A DNA stretch of 34,179 bases from a virus (Duplodnaviria; Heunggongvirae; Uroviricota; Caudoviricetes): IMG/VR virus record IMGVR_UViG_2802429245_000003; one strand, given 5' to 3'. The notes beneath the pieces were generated by a model. It saw only the letters and a list, made by a program, of their open reading frames with translations. It ran no database searches and was not told the origin of the DNA. The position numbers and the translations under genes were made by a program. Shown here one piece after another: positions 10,664 to 21,507 of this stretch. The stretch's first letter is position 1. Each line of letters opens with the position of its first letter.

Positions 10664-11364
10664 CAGTCAATCAGCCCATGTAATCTAAGTGCTGTTTCAA
10701 GCGCCAGAATACGCTGCCGCGCCTGCTGCAAACCTGTAGCGAGAGCTGCGACTTCGGATTGTGTGTACGTAGTGCCGACCGTGTATGACTGGTTAGCGTT
10801 GAATGAGCCAAGAAGTGGCGTACCTGTGGCTGCAGTCCATCCGGTATTTCTTGCTCCAACAACCTGAATTCCATCAACTGAATATGATGTTTTTACATCC
10901 AGCGGTGACGCAAGAGACTGCAATTTGGTTACGGTTTTCGATACGTAATCACTCTTAATGTCAGATACATCGCTTTCTACGCCATCCAGTCTTTGGTCAA
11001 CAGTGACCAGATGCGCCTGAATATCGATAACCTCATCCAGCAAGTAATCAACATCGCTACGCAGTACGACTATCTTCCCTTCGGCGGTTGTTAACCTGAC
11101 CTCAAGGAGATTTATCGCTTTTGTGTTTGCGGTGATTCTTGAATTGTGATCTGCCAGTTCGACGTCCTGTTCATCGTTTTTCACCTGAGCATCGTAAGCG
11201 CCCTGACCAGCCTGATTTGCCTTCCCGGCAATTGCGCCAACATCAGCCCCCTGATTAATGACATACAGCAGGTAAGACTGGCTGAATATATTGCGTGGAA
11301 GGATTGATGTATCGAGTCGTGTAGCCTGAATTGTTACCGGCTCATTGAGATTCGAATCAGCCAT
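10663..11364 (-). CDS. tail needle protein, P22 gp26 homologue
   Basis: 233 aa; N-terminus [73 protein letters not shown] is near-identical to P22 gp26 from memory; coiled-coil middle. Confidence 0.9.
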   Translation of the reverse strand: MADSNLNEPVTIQATRLDTSILPRNIFSQSYLLYVINQGADVGAIAGKANQAGQGAYDAQVKNDEQDVELADHNSRITANTKAINLLEVRLTTAEGKIVVLRSDVDYLLDEVIDIQAHLVTVDQRLDGVESDVSDIKSDYVSKTVTKLQSLASPLDVKTSYSVDGIQVVGARNTGWTAATGTPLLGSFNANQSYTVGTTYTQSEVAALATGLQQARQRILALETALRLHGLID

Positions 11365-12782
11365 TACTCAATCCTTATCTGGCAACCAGACAGAGTGACA
11401 GGTGACTTCGTTATAACGCGCAATTTGAAGCCGACATTTTTCCTGATGCGCCCTACTCGCTTCCACAAAACACGCTTGTCGTAAACGAACGGTTCATTCT
11501 GCTCAATCATCTGCTCACGACCGTAATTGATGCCGTCAGTGGTTGCAGAGAGAAAAAGGCGGTCAGCATACTGCGCAACGCCAGTGGATGATTCCACCTC
11601 CAGATCGAAGCATCTGGCGTTATCCGCTTTGAACAGTGGAGTAAACAGCAGGTGTTCCTGTTGAAGTCCATACTGACTGCTGATATCGAACTGCAATTTT
11701 CCGGTCACCGATTCCAGCTTATCTCCGCACGTTATCTGATTGCCTTCATAAATGAAGTCGATAGCGCGGTACACATCGTCATACAGGCCTGTTTTCAGTA
11801 CACACCATTGCGGACCATTGGCGCTTGAAGATGCGTCGTACACGAGAACATGGCGCGGAAGGTGGATAATCAGCAACTCATGAGCATCAAACCGCAACGA
11901 TTCCATCACGCCATCAGCCAGTTCATCAGCAGTGTAGGAGCGGAGGATTTTCTCAATGCTCGCGCTGGCGATTGGTGACACCTGACCGGAGCCGATGATG
12001 TATACAGACGGCGCACCTGTTGCCGGATTGCTGATGAACGCATACGAATCAGCAAACGGCGTTTTGCAGTAGGTTCCGGCAATCCCTTTCTGCACCATCA
12101 GTGATGGCTGTGCGACATACAAAGCGGCACCAACGGTGGTTGCACCAGTCAGGGAGAAATATTCAATCGTCGATGAACCAAAGCAGACGATGAAGTCTCG
12201 CCATGTACCTATGCCGATGATGCCGTCCGGCTGCGATTCTGCGCGATATTGTGCGCTGTAACGGTCAGGATGCGATTCGTCTTCAAGGTCAGTGATAAAC
12301 CATGAATCCGTGCCGTCTTTTGACCACGCATAACGCCCACGTAAGCGTGTAATGTCGCGGACTGAACCTAACTCATACTGAGTGAATCCGCTGTCTGTAG
12401 GCCAGTTTGAGACGGTTTTAACCGTGCCATCATAACGATACTCTACCAGTTGACCATTAACGCCTACCGCCTGTGATGTCCGACCATGCGCCATTGATAC
12501 GCGACCACTTCCGGCAACATCACCGACTTCACTTTCGCCTTTGTACAGCTTGCCACCACACACGCGATAAACAGCACTCTGCGCCATGTTGTACTCGACG
12601 CCGCGAGATACACCGTTCACATCAGATCGTTTGGCAATGCCCGGGAATGAGCGAAGATATCCGCTGCTGTTCAGGATTTCTTTGGGTGTAGCCAGCATAT
12701 TCACTGGCAGATAGTCGATATAGTCGGCGTTTCGAAAGTCTTTGCCGACACCTTTCATAAGCGGAAGTTGCTGAATCGGCAT
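11364..12782 (-). CDS. tail accessory / portal-plug protein, P22 gp10 homologue
   Basis: 472 aa, same size and position as P22 gp10. Confidence 0.85.
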   Translation of the reverse strand: MPIQQLPLMKGVGKDFRNADYIDYLPVNMLATPKEILNSSGYLRSFPGIAKRSDVNGVSRGVEYNMAQSAVYRVCGGKLYKGESEVGDVAGSGRVSMAHGRTSQAVGVNGQLVEYRYDGTVKTVSNWPTDSGFTQYELGSVRDITRLRGRYAWSKDGTDSWFITDLEDESHPDRYSAQYRAESQPDGIIGIGTWRDFIVCFGSSTIEYFSLTGATTVGAALYVAQPSLMVQKGIAGTYCKTPFADSYAFISNPATGAPSVYIIGSGQVSPIASASIEKILRSYTADELADGVMESLRFDAHELLIIHLPRHVLVYDASSSANGPQWCVLKTGLYDDVYRAIDFIYEGNQITCGDKLESVTGKLQFDISSQYGLQQEHLLFTPLFKADNARCFDLEVESSTGVAQYADRLFLSATTDGINYGREQMIEQNEPFVYDKRVLWKRVGRIRKNVGFKLRVITKSPVTLSGCQIRIE

Positions 12783-12791
12783 TTATTCACC

Positions 12792-13253
12792 TCACGTACT
12801 CGGATCATCTTTCTCGATGTAAAACCGATTCCACGTAAACGCGCTTTTGTTACCACTACCGCGAGGCATGTCATTTCGCCGCTCAAGTGGTGGTATTTTG
12901 GTTAAAGCGATGCAGATTGTCTGATATGCACTGTCAGCAGCGGTAAGGAGAGCGTCTGACGGCTGAATGACGTTATCCATGCACACCTGCACAGCGAGCT
13001 TCAAAGCGACGCCATCATTTGCCCATGCAGGGATACCTGAATCATCGTCAGGTAACGGCATGATGCCGTTTTCTGTATCAGCAAACTGATATCCAAGCTC
13101 GATACCTTTAGCCTGCCATGCTGCCATCATGTCTTCGAGGTCATTAATGGCATCTTCAATTGCCTGAGGGTCAGCATCTGTCAACGTGGCATTGGAATAC
13201 AGCCCGGCTTTTCGTAAAGCCTTAAGAACGAGATCACCCTTCGTTTTCGCCAT
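12792..13253 (-). CDS. head completion / tail accessory protein, P22 gp4 homologue
   Basis: 153 aa; N-terminus KTKGDLVLKALRKAGLYSNATLTDADPQAIEDAINDLEDMMAAW matches P22 gp4 pattern (KTKGDLV.AALRKLGV.SDATLTDVEPQ…DLEAMMAEW). Confidence 0.85.
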   Translation of the reverse strand: MAKTKGDLVLKALRKAGLYSNATLTDADPQAIEDAINDLEDMMAAWQAKGIELGYQFADTENGIMPLPDDDSGIPAWANDGVALKLAVQVCMDNVIQPSDALLTAADSAYQTICIALTKIPPLERRNDMPRGSGNKSAFTWNRFYIEKDDPST

Positions 13254-13422
13254 CTTCTTCCGCCTTAGCCACTTTATGCTTCGTTGCGGTTTCTTCAGGA
13301 GTTTTTACCCAGCCTTTTTTCAGGTGAGATTTAACTTCTTCGTCATCAACAATGATGTAATCGACAGCAAACTGACCACAGGTGATCATGTTGCCAGGCT
13401 TATAGAGCATTGTTCGTGCCAT
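13234..13422 (-). CDS. small hypothetical protein between coat and gp4 genes
   Basis: 62-aa ORF from ATG at 13422 (MARTMLYKPG…) with GGGAGAAG ribosome-binding site; overlaps the gp4 start by 20 nt. Function unknown. Confidence 0.35.
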   Translation of the reverse strand: MARTMLYKPGNMITCGQFAVDYIIVDDEEVKSHLKKGWVKTPEETATKHKVAKAEEDGENEG

Positions 13423-13433
13423 TGTCTTCTCCC

Positions 13434-13456
13434 AATAAAAATGGGGCCGTAGCCCC
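13434..13456 (-). terminator. rho-independent terminator immediately after the coat gene
   Basis: On the minus strand GGGGC-UACG-GCCCC (5-bp all-GC stem with tetraloop UACG; 14-nt hairpin read off the sequence) followed by AUUUUUAUU, 7 nt after the coat stop. Confidence 0.55.
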
Positions 13457-13463
13457 ACCTAAA

Positions 13464-14717
13464 TTACTGCCCGGCAATAACGATGCCCGTATATTCAGGA
13501 ACAAGTACAGAGCAACCGTACAGAGTGGTGAAACGAGCAGTGGTTACGCCTTTGATGTGGTCGAAGGCGTAAGACATGATCAGCGTAGCGCCCTGCTCGG
13601 TGGTTGCTGTCATTACCTGTGGCCCCTGACCAGTCGGGAATGCCAGTTTGCCGTACATCAGTTCAACAGAACCATCAGCCCAGAACAGGTTAGCCGGTGC
13701 TGCGTTCTTGTTGAGAATGGTGATTGCTGCTGATTCTGCCGGTTTGGCATCGACGTTTGCATATGGACGACTCGCAACATCAGTATTTTCAACAGGGAGA
13801 ATCTTTGGAGAAATTGTTACGGTAGTTCCGCTAACAGCCAGAACACGGAATACCTGCGGTTGACCGGTGGTATCTTTTGTGATCTGGTGTACGGAATTCA
13901 CACCGGCAATGGTGAACGCATCACCAACCTGCAAGCCAGATGCAGATACCGTAATAGTCCCCTGTCGGTTATCAACTGGCATACCATTTGAATCTTTCGC
14001 TTCAACCTTGTGTTCAGGTTGGCCTGATACTGTCAAGGATTCAGTGCTTCCTTTCGGTAATCGACCAGAAATATCGGTCTTGTAGCTATCAAAGGAAGCA
14101 ACCGGAGGGATCTGCGCTTTTTCGTATGCTGTCAGGGTTGCGCCCTGAGCATAGGCACGGTGACCAAGCTCGCCAGCAAGGTCTTTGTAGTTGAAGGGGT
14201 TCCAGAAAGAGCGACGGTTGATACCCTGCGGTACACCTATCGCCGTCATGGTGGCATCAATACCTGCCGCACAGTTCCACAAATCACGGCCCTGTGTACC
14301 TGTGGTTGAGTCAGCCATCGTGATCACGTTAGTAGCACGCTGCGTAACCATGGAAATCAGGTCAGAGTCAATCTGTGCAGCAAGGCGCATACCTGCGGCT
14401 CGACCAGCTTCAGTTTTATGTTCCGGGTCACGCATTTCACGCGCATCCAGAGTGTACAGAATGTTTTTCGGCTCCTTGAACACAGAAGGAACAAGGCGCT
14501 GAACCAGTGCTGTTGGCGTTTTGCTGCTGAGATCGAGGCCTTCCTCAATGTTCATGTGGTAATGCTGCGGACGATACAGAACATCACCTGCTCGCTGCAT
14601 TGCGGTATCACCGGGACGGAATTTTTTAGCGTTACGGGAAACTACGCAGGCGGCCTCAAAGCCTTCAACGTAGTTTTCGAACATGATTTCAAGGTCTTTT
14701 GCTAATTGGTTAGCCAT
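13464..14717 (-). CDS. major capsid (coat) protein, P22 gp5 family
   Basis: 417 aa; position after scaffold; C-terminal similarity to P22 coat (NLFWADGSVELMYG vs NVFWADDAIRIVSQ). Confidence 0.85.
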   Translation of the reverse strand: MANQLAKDLEIMFENYVEGFEAACVVSRNAKKFRPGDTAMQRAGDVLYRPQHYHMNIEEGLDLSSKTPTALVQRLVPSVFKEPKNILYTLDAREMRDPEHKTEAGRAAGMRLAAQIDSDLISMVTQRATNVITMADSTTGTQGRDLWNCAAGIDATMTAIGVPQGINRRSFWNPFNYKDLAGELGHRAYAQGATLTAYEKAQIPPVASFDSYKTDISGRLPKGSTESLTVSGQPEHKVEAKDSNGMPVDNRQGTITVSASGLQVGDAFTIAGVNSVHQITKDTTGQPQVFRVLAVSGTTVTISPKILPVENTDVASRPYANVDAKPAESAAITILNKNAAPANLFWADGSVELMYGKLAFPTGQGPQVMTATTEQGATLIMSYAFDHIKGVTTARFTTLYGCSVLVPEYTGIVIAGQ

Positions 14718-14735
14718 GCTTAATGCTCCGATAGG

Positions 14736-15629
14736 TTATTTTTTTGCCTTTTTAGCGGCGAAATACGGCGTCCAGTCACCAGTTTCCAGCGCCCTGGCTT
14801 TCAATTTGTCGAGGTTGTTGATTACTGCGCCGTTGCTCCCCTTAACTGTCGGGGTTGTGGCTGCCGTGGTTTTTGCTTTTGGCATGATTCTGGCTTTCGA
14901 TTCGATACGTTCCAGCAGACGACCAATTGCTACGGGGTTGGTAGCTTCTGCCAGTTGCTTGCGCAGTTCAGCGTTGCGACCTAGTGCCAGAACAACGATT
15001 TCCGGCTTCTCTGACTCAAACAGGATCGCGTTTTGTGTCTCGATGGGGATTTCCTCGAGTACGGCCTGCTCAGCTTCCTGATAGCCAGGAACTTTGAGAG
15101 CCTTAACACGTTGCTGATATTTGGATAATCGCTCTTGATAGGCAGCCTGAAGCTCCTGCTCCTTCTGCTTGCGAGCCATCTCCTGTTGCTGGTACTTGCC
15201 GTTATCCTCTGCCCACTTAGCCATGCGTTGCTGGTAGATTTCTTCATCGAAACCGATGTCCTCATCGTCCAGTTTTGGCATTCGCGGTGGTTGAGTGATT
15301 ACCGGCTGCTGCTCGACGGGTTTCTGAGACTGACGCATCAGCTCTTTCAGCTCGCGGTCTTTCTCTTTAATCGTCTTGCGCAGGTGTTTTACCAGTCCAT
15401 GCTCTGCGCCATCTTCGCTGGTTGGCGAATCCAGCTTTTCGTCACCAAAGTAGAATTCCTGTTCTGATTCGTCGTCATCAGTTTCAGTAGCTTCCTCTGC
15501 ATCATTGCCGGAGGACTCACTGCCATCTTCTGTTTCGACTTCTTCAGCCAGTTCGACATCATCAGGAATCTGCTCTGACGCGTCGGTTTCGATTTCAACT
15601 TCTGGTGTGTTTTCTGCCATCTGGTCCAT
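14736..15629 (-). CDS. scaffolding protein, P22 gp8 analogue
   Basis: 297 aa between portal and coat; highly acidic N-terminal third (Asp/Glu-rich) and charged helical remainder, typical of scaffold proteins. Confidence 0.8.
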   Translation of the reverse strand: MDQMAENTPEVEIETDASEQIPDDVELAEEVETEDGSESSGNDAEEATETDDDESEQEFYFGDEKLDSPTSEDGAEHGLVKHLRKTIKEKDRELKELMRQSQKPVEQQPVITQPPRMPKLDDEDIGFDEEIYQQRMAKWAEDNGKYQQQEMARKQKEQELQAAYQERLSKYQQRVKALKVPGYQEAEQAVLEEIPIETQNAILFESEKPEIVVLALGRNAELRKQLAEATNPVAIGRLLERIESKARIMPKAKTTAATTPTVKGSNGAVINNLDKLKARALETGDWTPYFAAKKAKK

Positions 15630-15734
15630 TTGTTACCCCTGTTTACTCGATGTTCAGCCCATCGGAAGGCAATAGGGTGCCAGGCCTCATAAAGACAGCC
15701 ATTGCACGTTATGGGTTAATTACTGCTGTGGTTG

Positions 15735-17918
15735 TTACTGAGTTGATTTTTGCAGGATGCTGCTGATGTCCATGCGCTGCGCATGGCCCTGTGCCTGACT
15801 TTTCAGGACAAGCTCTGCATCAGCACGGGCATTATCTCCTTGCTGTTGCTGGAACTGTCCGAGCAGTTTCAGAGCCTCGCGGATATCAGATTTCTGCTGA
15901 CTATCGGCAGATGCGAGTATTTTCACAACATTTGCCGCTGCAACCTGAGCATCAGTCTGTGCCTGGAATGCTTTAACCTGAATGGCTGCCTGTTCGTTCT
16001 GCGCTTTCTGCAATTCAGCCTGACCAGCAAGAAGCTGACCTTGCGCTGCAACCATAGCCGGATCTGGCTGACTGGCCTGTTGTTGTTTCGCCTGTTCAAC
16101 CATCTGCTGTTCTTCAGGCGTTCTCGGCTTGATAACGCCAGACAGAAGCAACTGATTGCGGTTGTATTCTTTCAGGTCGTCCATCCCTTCGCCGTCCATA
16201 TTGTCGAGAATCATCGACGATACAAGGTCGTGCTTCGGCGTTCCTGGTGGGATAAGTGCCAGCATGGAAAGTAACGACTTAACCGTTGCATCACGGCGAG
16301 TAGCGAACGACTGACCGACATCGACAGTCACTTCATAGTTACCCTGCGAAAGGTCGTTAAGCGCGATAACCTGCCCTGTCTGACGGTCAACCACTTCACC
16401 AGTCATCAGCGCCACGTCATCGCTGCCGTCCTCATTAACGATACGCATCGGCGTATCACTGCCATAGACCTCACGCGCCATAGAAAGCCACACAACGCCA
16501 GCGCGGCGCATGGATTTAGCCATGTTGTCCATGTAGATATAGGACTGCGTGTCCATCCGGTTAAAAATGCTATCAACGGTATCGGTGGCGACGTTGCTCG
16601 GCATGTTCTCAAGCTGCGACGCACCTGTAATTTGCTGAATAGCCGTTCCGGTGTACTGCAATAGCCCGGCAAGAGCTGGAGGCATTTGTGTCGGAGGTGT
16701 CCAGCCAGCAACCTGAGCCTCTGAAATGACCGTTCCGTTTTTGTCCTTCTTGCTGGTCATGGGAAGAACTGCAGGTCTTTTCTTATTCCTCTCTGCCCAG
16801 TGATTCATTAATGGACCGGGAATGAAATCAACATCCACGATAGGAATGCCATCACCGCCAGCCTGAGTAGCGTTATCTGCAATCATGGAAACCATCAGGT
16901 TCTCAAGACGCTGTGCATCCATCGCTTTTGCAGCGTGGCCTTCGATTCGCTCCTGATTATCAACAAATGAGCGACGCCCATATACCGGGATGAGAGGAAT
17001 ATGTTCACCCGGAATACGCTTCGGTTCTTCCAGCCATTCAGCGCCAGACAGAAGACCGCAATAAACGCGGCGCTTCTTCACCGTTCGCTCGCCAATCAGT
17101 TCGAATGCACCATCGGTCAGCTCGTCGACAATATCTTTGATTTGCTCTTCATCATAGATTGCCGTTTCTCCGCTAACAGGGTTGCGCCACGCCGTGAGCT
17201 TCACCTTCTCTATGCGAACTTCGTAGTAGCGTCCAACATAGATGGCATCGGGCGTTGACCAGTCATATTGAGTGCCAGTGTCATCACGAGAAAGGCTTGC
17301 CGCGATGGAATCAGGGTATTCAGCCTCGAACGCTTTAGGCGTCATGGAGAACATTTCCATAGCCCACATAGCATCAGAGCGGTCATATTGCTTGCTGTCC
17401 TGATCGAAGAAGACGCATGTCGCTGGGTCGTAAACAGGAAGAAGACTGATGCGTCGCTGCTCGTTACTCGGATCCATTTCATCTTCGTAATCGGCACACA
17501 TGCGGAAACAACCGAATCCGCCCGTTACAGCATCATCAAATGCGTTATCACACGCTTCGCCACCGGATGTTTCCTGATAGTCAGCGCGGAATTTGCCGTT
17601 CATCTTTTCGGCTAACGCTTCCGATGCCTTATCGTCCTTCGGCCTGAATTTAACGCTTATGCGATTCTGTCGATACTCGCCAATGATGCGATCACATTCA
17701 CGGGCAATCTTATTCAGTTCAAAGCGCGGGTAATGCTCAAACCTGCCTTCATCAAATGAGTAACCAGCGTTTGTGCTGCCTTCCCACTGTGCGCCGGACA
17801 CCCGTACGAAACGTTGAGCCTCAATAATCTGCTCACGCATATCCTGCGTTGCTGACCAGGCATTATCAAAGTTGCACAGCACCTTGCGATGCCAGTCAGT
17901 CATCTTTTTTTCTGCCAT
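15735..17918 (-). CDS. portal protein, P22 gp1 family
   Basis: 727 aa; C-terminal barrel-like region (…PRTPEEQQMVEQAKQ…AGQAELQKAQNEQ…RMDISSILQ) matches P22 portal pattern; follows terminase. Confidence 0.9.
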   Translation of the reverse strand: MAEKKMTDWHRKVLCNFDNAWSATQDMREQIIEAQRFVRVSGAQWEGSTNAGYSFDEGRFEHYPRFELNKIARECDRIIGEYRQNRISVKFRPKDDKASEALAEKMNGKFRADYQETSGGEACDNAFDDAVTGGFGCFRMCADYEDEMDPSNEQRRISLLPVYDPATCVFFDQDSKQYDRSDAMWAMEMFSMTPKAFEAEYPDSIAASLSRDDTGTQYDWSTPDAIYVGRYYEVRIEKVKLTAWRNPVSGETAIYDEEQIKDIVDELTDGAFELIGERTVKKRRVYCGLLSGAEWLEEPKRIPGEHIPLIPVYGRRSFVDNQERIEGHAAKAMDAQRLENLMVSMIADNATQAGGDGIPIVDVDFIPGPLMNHWAERNKKRPAVLPMTSKKDKNGTVISEAQVAGWTPPTQMPPALAGLLQYTGTAIQQITGASQLENMPSNVATDTVDSIFNRMDTQSYIYMDNMAKSMRRAGVVWLSMAREVYGSDTPMRIVNEDGSDDVALMTGEVVDRQTGQVIALNDLSQGNYEVTVDVGQSFATRRDATVKSLLSMLALIPPGTPKHDLVSSMILDNMDGEGMDDLKEYNRNQLLLSGVIKPRTPEEQQMVEQAKQQQASQPDPAMVAAQGQLLAGQAELQKAQNEQAAIQVKAFQAQTDAQVAAANVVKILASADSQQKSDIREALKLLGQFQQQQGDNARADAELVLKSQAQGHAQRMDISSILQKSTQ

Positions 17919-17919
17919 A

Positions 17920-19335
17920 TCAACCTACACCACAAGGAATTGAGTAACTGGAATAGTCGGTTTGCGCAGCCGACTCCGGGCAATGCATACACATCATCAG
18001 CGCATCAGCCAGGTTAGGAGATGGAATACCGAGCTTCTGCTTCATTTCGACCTTAGTCATAAGCTCCAGCTTCCCGTTGTTATTGAATTTGCGCTGAATC
18101 TGCGTCAGTTCTGCAAACAGCTTCTCCAGCATCTTCTCGCCTATCGCTTCTTTGTCGAAACTCAGCATGTCGTCGGGGTCTGCATACTCACCGTGGGCAA
18201 CCGCCCGATATGTCAGATACAGCCTGTCAGCCAGCGCGTAATAGAATTGCGCTCGCTTATTGCGGAATACATCGCCAATAGTGCGAACGTTGTCGCCCTG
18301 TACGACTTCATCAGCCCATGCTCCGGCCTGATACGGAGCATCTTCATCGAATGGCGATTCGCTGCCCTTGAACATCGTGGCGGTGATTTTCTTGCCGGAG
18401 AACGCTTCCGTTGTCTGTCTGCGTAGCCCGGCACCAACACCATCACCATCCCACAGGTAATGGTCAGCACCGTCTTCAATCGCCAGCGAAGTTGCCCAGT
18501 CAGCACCTTCATTGATGTCCATCAGCAGACCTTCGGCAATGCGCTTAACAACCGAACCGTGACGCGATGCATAACCTTTAGCATCCGGCCCTGTATCTGA
18601 CGGGTCATGCGCAGAGACAACAGCGCCTTTCGCTTTCCATCCGAGTTTCTTGTGCGCATCGGTTGCGGCTTCAAGCCATTCACGTTTGATGATTGCCATA
18701 TCACTTGCGCTTACTGGCTCACCAAGCCAGATGTGACGATACAGTGTCGGGTTTCTGCGTTTACACTCTTCCATCTCCAGACGGAGAACTTCAGGAAAGT
18801 GCGGGTTGTCGGTGTAGTTCACCGTCAGCAGACAAATATCATCAGGAGGATTTACGACGAATCGCTGATAGGTATCGTCGAGGATGTTCTTCGGGTTAAA
18901 GCTCACCCATATTTCAGAGAACGGCTTACGGATGGTTGGTATCAGGATATCCCATGATTCCTTCGTTACCGCCTCCGCTTCTTCCACCCAGCAGATATCA
19001 ATACCTTCGAGCGATTTAATCTTCGTCGGGTTGTTTTTGATGCCGTAGAACATGAATTCAGCATTCGTTCCGAGATGACGAATCATTGAACGCTGAATTT
19101 CAAACTCAGCCGAATACCCTTCACGCTCGATGGTATCTTCAAGCAACCGGATTACCGAATCGCTGATACTGTTTTGCAGTTCACGAGCGCAGAGAATACG
19201 CACAGGCTGCCGACGCGCCGCTTCAACAAGCAGCCTCGCAATTGCCCATGACTTACCGCTACCTCGACCGCCTTTGGCAACTTTGTAGCGATGCGCCTCA
19301 ATGAACGGTTCAAAGATAGGATTAATCGAGGTCAT
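17920..19335 (-). CDS. terminase large subunit, Sf6/HK620-type
   Basis: 471 aa; Walker A (VAKGGRGSGKSWA) and nuclease domain; sequence matches Sf6-type large terminase as far as I can recall it. Confidence 0.95.
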   Translation of the reverse strand: MTSINPIFEPFIEAHRYKVAKGGRGSGKSWAIARLLVEAARRQPVRILCARELQNSISDSVIRLLEDTIEREGYSAEFEIQRSMIRHLGTNAEFMFYGIKNNPTKIKSLEGIDICWVEEAEAVTKESWDILIPTIRKPFSEIWVSFNPKNILDDTYQRFVVNPPDDICLLTVNYTDNPHFPEVLRLEMEECKRRNPTLYRHIWLGEPVSASDMAIIKREWLEAATDAHKKLGWKAKGAVVSAHDPSDTGPDAKGYASRHGSVVKRIAEGLLMDINEGADWATSLAIEDGADHYLWDGDGVGAGLRRQTTEAFSGKKITATMFKGSESPFDEDAPYQAGAWADEVVQGDNVRTIGDVFRNKRAQFYYALADRLYLTYRAVAHGEYADPDDMLSFDKEAIGEKMLEKLFAELTQIQRKFNNNGKLELMTKVEMKQKLGIPSPNLADALMMCMHCPESAAQTDYSSYSIPCGVG

Positions 19336-19772
19336 TTTCCGAATAGAGTGCTCATCGGTGATGTTTCAATCTGAATTGCGCCGCCGTCTTTGCCTGTTAG
19401 CTCGTGATCAACCTTGTCGCGCCATTTATCCTTCTGTCGGTTCTTAAGCCAGAAGATGGCAGCGGTTGTATCAGGCGGGTAATGCTTCTCAAGCGGAGTT
19501 TCGACAATTCTGTTTTCAATAACACGAATATCGATATCTGGAGCCACGAAGCCCATAGCGCGTTGATAAAGACGATCACTAACTTCTGCATCAGCGACGG
19601 CCTTACCCTTTTTTATGGACTCCGAAAACTTAGGATAATCAAGCTTCCACTTGTTAATAGTTGACTCACTGACTTCAAAGAAATCAGCAAGTTCTGCATC
19701 GGTGTAGCCCAGCAAGCACAGTTTGCGTGCCTGTTCGGCATACGCCTCTTGATACTTTGTTGGGCGCGCCAT
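19332..19772 (-). CDS. terminase small subunit
   Basis: 146 aa with N-terminal HTH-like segment (YTDAELADFFEVSESTINKWK); stop overlaps the large-terminase start (ATGA). Confidence 0.8.
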   Translation of the reverse strand: MARPTKYQEAYAEQARKLCLLGYTDAELADFFEVSESTINKWKLDYPKFSESIKKGKAVADAEVSDRLYQRAMGFVAPDIDIRVIENRIVETPLEKHYPPDTTAAIFWLKNRQKDKWRDKVDHELTGKDGGAIQIETSPMSTLFGK

Positions 19773-19774
19773 GT

Positions 19775-20017
19775 TTATGCTCCGGTGGTGAACAGGTCTA
19801 ACGCTTCCTTCGATTTACGCACCGCTTCGATAGTGCGGGTCGTGATATCTGAATTAGCGCCGCCTGACTGGAAGTGAATTTTGAATAGCTCAAGCTTCAG
19901 CTCGTCAGTGCCAATGAACTGAAATGCTTCCTCTGCGGCTGCGTTCTGGTTCATGACCAGTTTGTAAATCTCTAGCTGGAATTTCTGTTCTTCAGTCATG
20001 GGAATAATCTCTGCCAT
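19775..20017 (-). CDS. hypothetical protein upstream of terminase
   Basis: 80-aa ORF tightly packed with neighbours on the late strand; family not recognised. Confidence 0.45.
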   Translation of the reverse strand: MAEIIPMTEEQKFQLEIYKLVMNQNAAAEEAFQFIGTDELKLELFKIHFQSGGANSDITTRTIEAVRKSKEALDLFTTGA

Positions 20018-20116
20018 TGTTGGCTCCGTTTATCCGTTAAAAGGGATATCAGTTAAGTTATCCCGTGTAGGGTATAAGCCATTATCAAGCCCACCAGTAG
20101 ATGGGCTTTGTAATGG

Positions 20117-20374
20117 CTACTTCGCTTTTGCTTCCGCTCGCTTACGCCGGCGCTCTTCTTTCCTCTCGGCTTTTGCCATGTCCATGAATGCCTGCATGAT
20201 CGAGTTCCGCATCATGTAGCTAACAAAGTGATGATTGACACAGCCGTTGAGGCGCAGCTGCTCGCCAAACTCATCCACCGAGGCCAATGCTTCCATCATG
20301 CCCTTCTCGCCTTTCATGAACTCTGAGAAGTCGCGCCCCGCTCTGGAGGCGCATTCAATGACACGATCACTCAT
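20117..20374 (-). CDS. hypothetical protein
   Basis: 85-aa ORF with basic C-terminus (KAERKEERRRKRAEAKAK); start overlaps the KilA-N gene stop. Confidence 0.45.
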   Translation of the reverse strand: MSDRVIECASRAGRDFSEFMKGEKGMMEALASVDEFGEQLRLNGCVNHHFVSYMMRNSIMQAFMDMAKAERKEERRRKRAEAKAK

Positions 20375-20868
20375 CCCGGAAGCCCGGGGATCGTTATCTG
20401 CAGCTGGTTAGCCAGGGAGTTAATCTCAGCGACCAACACTGGCTTCGTATAGCGCCATGCCGCCAGCCCTTGTCCACAGAAGCTCGCCATATCTTTTTTC
20501 TGATCAAACTCATGACACTTCATATTGAGCTGCGCACTTAAGCTGTTACGATGCTGAAGTTCTCCGGTGAAGTAGTCATCCAGGACTTTATAGGCTGCAT
20601 ATTTAAATCCGGGGTTTAGCCATGCTGCATAATCATAAGCAACAAACTTCCCGCCATATGTTCCACCGTGTACACCGCGCTCAGTAAAAACCACAGATTC
20701 GTGGTTTTTCTCCAGCTCGGCTAAGAACTCTTTGGTCTGCTTGTTTCGCAGGTAGTGGTACGGAGATTCAGATTCACTTTTACCACTGGCTTTCCACATA
20801 TCAGTGAGGCAGATCATGCCATCTTCACCGATACGAATTGGTTGATTGAAGAGGGTTAATGATTTCAT
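20371..20868 (-). CDS. KilA-N domain protein
   Basis: 165 aa; N-terminal FNQPIRIGEDGMICLTDMWKASGK…KEFLAELEK fits the KilA-N pattern. Confidence 0.6.
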   Translation of the reverse strand: MKSLTLFNQPIRIGEDGMICLTDMWKASGKSESESPYHYLRNKQTKEFLAELEKNHESVVFTERGVHGGTYGGKFVAYDYAAWLNPGFKYAAYKVLDDYFTGELQHRNSLSAQLNMKCHEFDQKKDMASFCGQGLAAWRYTKPVLVAEINSLANQLQITIPGLPG

Positions 20869-21013
20869 AGCGTGTACCTACTCTTTGAAATGAACCTTTG
20901 CCGCACAGGAAACCAGCCCACCGAGGCTCGCCAGCACTAACTGGTATCCTCAAAGGCCCATTCCAAAGGGGCAGGTTCGGTGTAAAAAACATGCGTTGCG
21001 GTACGCATTTATT

Positions 21014-21037
21014 GCAAAAAGCCCCGCATCGCGAGGC
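21014..21037 (-). terminator. rho-independent terminator downstream of Rz/Rz1
   Basis: Minus strand GCCUCGC-GAU-GCGGGGC (one G-U pair) followed by UUUUUGC. Confidence 0.5.
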
Positions 21038-21069
21038 TCATTAAATTGACTTTGTGATTTGCAAAAAAA

Positions 21070-21507
21070 TTATTTCAGGCATTGCGTCCTGATGTACTCC
21101 TGCAGGTAGTTAACCTGCGCGGTTATCCTGTCGATTCCACTTCTGAGACGGTAATAATTGAGTTCAGCATCTGCTGTAAGTCTTGGGCTTTCTCCATCGC
21201 CCATGCTGCTGGCTCCGGTCGTTGACTTTGCACAGGTGGCGGCGACTTGCAGGCGCTTACGACCAGCAGAAACATCATCACGGAGACTTTCGATAGTCGC
21301 GTTAGCATCAGCAAGCTCCTTTGTATATCTGGCATCGAGTTCAGCTACATTACGTTGACGTTTCTGCATGTCAGCGATAATGGATGCGGCCTTATCGCGC
21401 TGTTCTTTGTAGACGATGGCGTTATCACGGTAATGATTAACAGCCCATGACAGGCAGGCGATGATACAAATAACCAGAGCGGAGATAATCGCAGTTACTC
21501 TGCTCAT
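21070..21507 (-). CDS. Rz: i-spanin Rz
   Basis: 145 aa; [36 protein letters not shown]… close to lambda Rz. Confidence 0.9.
   Translation of the reverse strand: MSRVTAIISALVICIIACLSWAVNHYRDNAIVYKEQRDKAASIIADMQKRQRNVAELDARYTKELADANATIESLRDDVSAGRKRLQVAATCAKSTTGASSMGDGESPRLTADAELNYYRLRSGIDRITAQVNYLQEYIRTQCLK
21123..21308 (-). CDS. Rz1: o-spanin Rz1 (lipoprotein embedded in +1 frame of Rz)
   Basis: Embedded ORF with lipobox (…[10 protein letters not shown]…) and Pro-rich mature part (KSPPPV…PEPAAW), as in lambda Rz1; exact start (21308 vs 21278) uncertain. Confidence 0.7.
   Translation of the reverse strand: MLTRLSKVSVMMFLLVVSACKSPPPVQSQRPEPAAWAMEKAQDLQQMLNSIITVSEVESTG

Noticed and set aside
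15750-16274. 174-aa plus-strand ORF inside the portal gene; likewise the other antisense ORFs within structural genes (e.g. 2764-3347, 9647-9958, 10343-10867, 14191-15081, 17962-18957)
   Set aside because: All lie antisense to long, well-supported late genes and lack ribosome-binding sites or recognisable domains.
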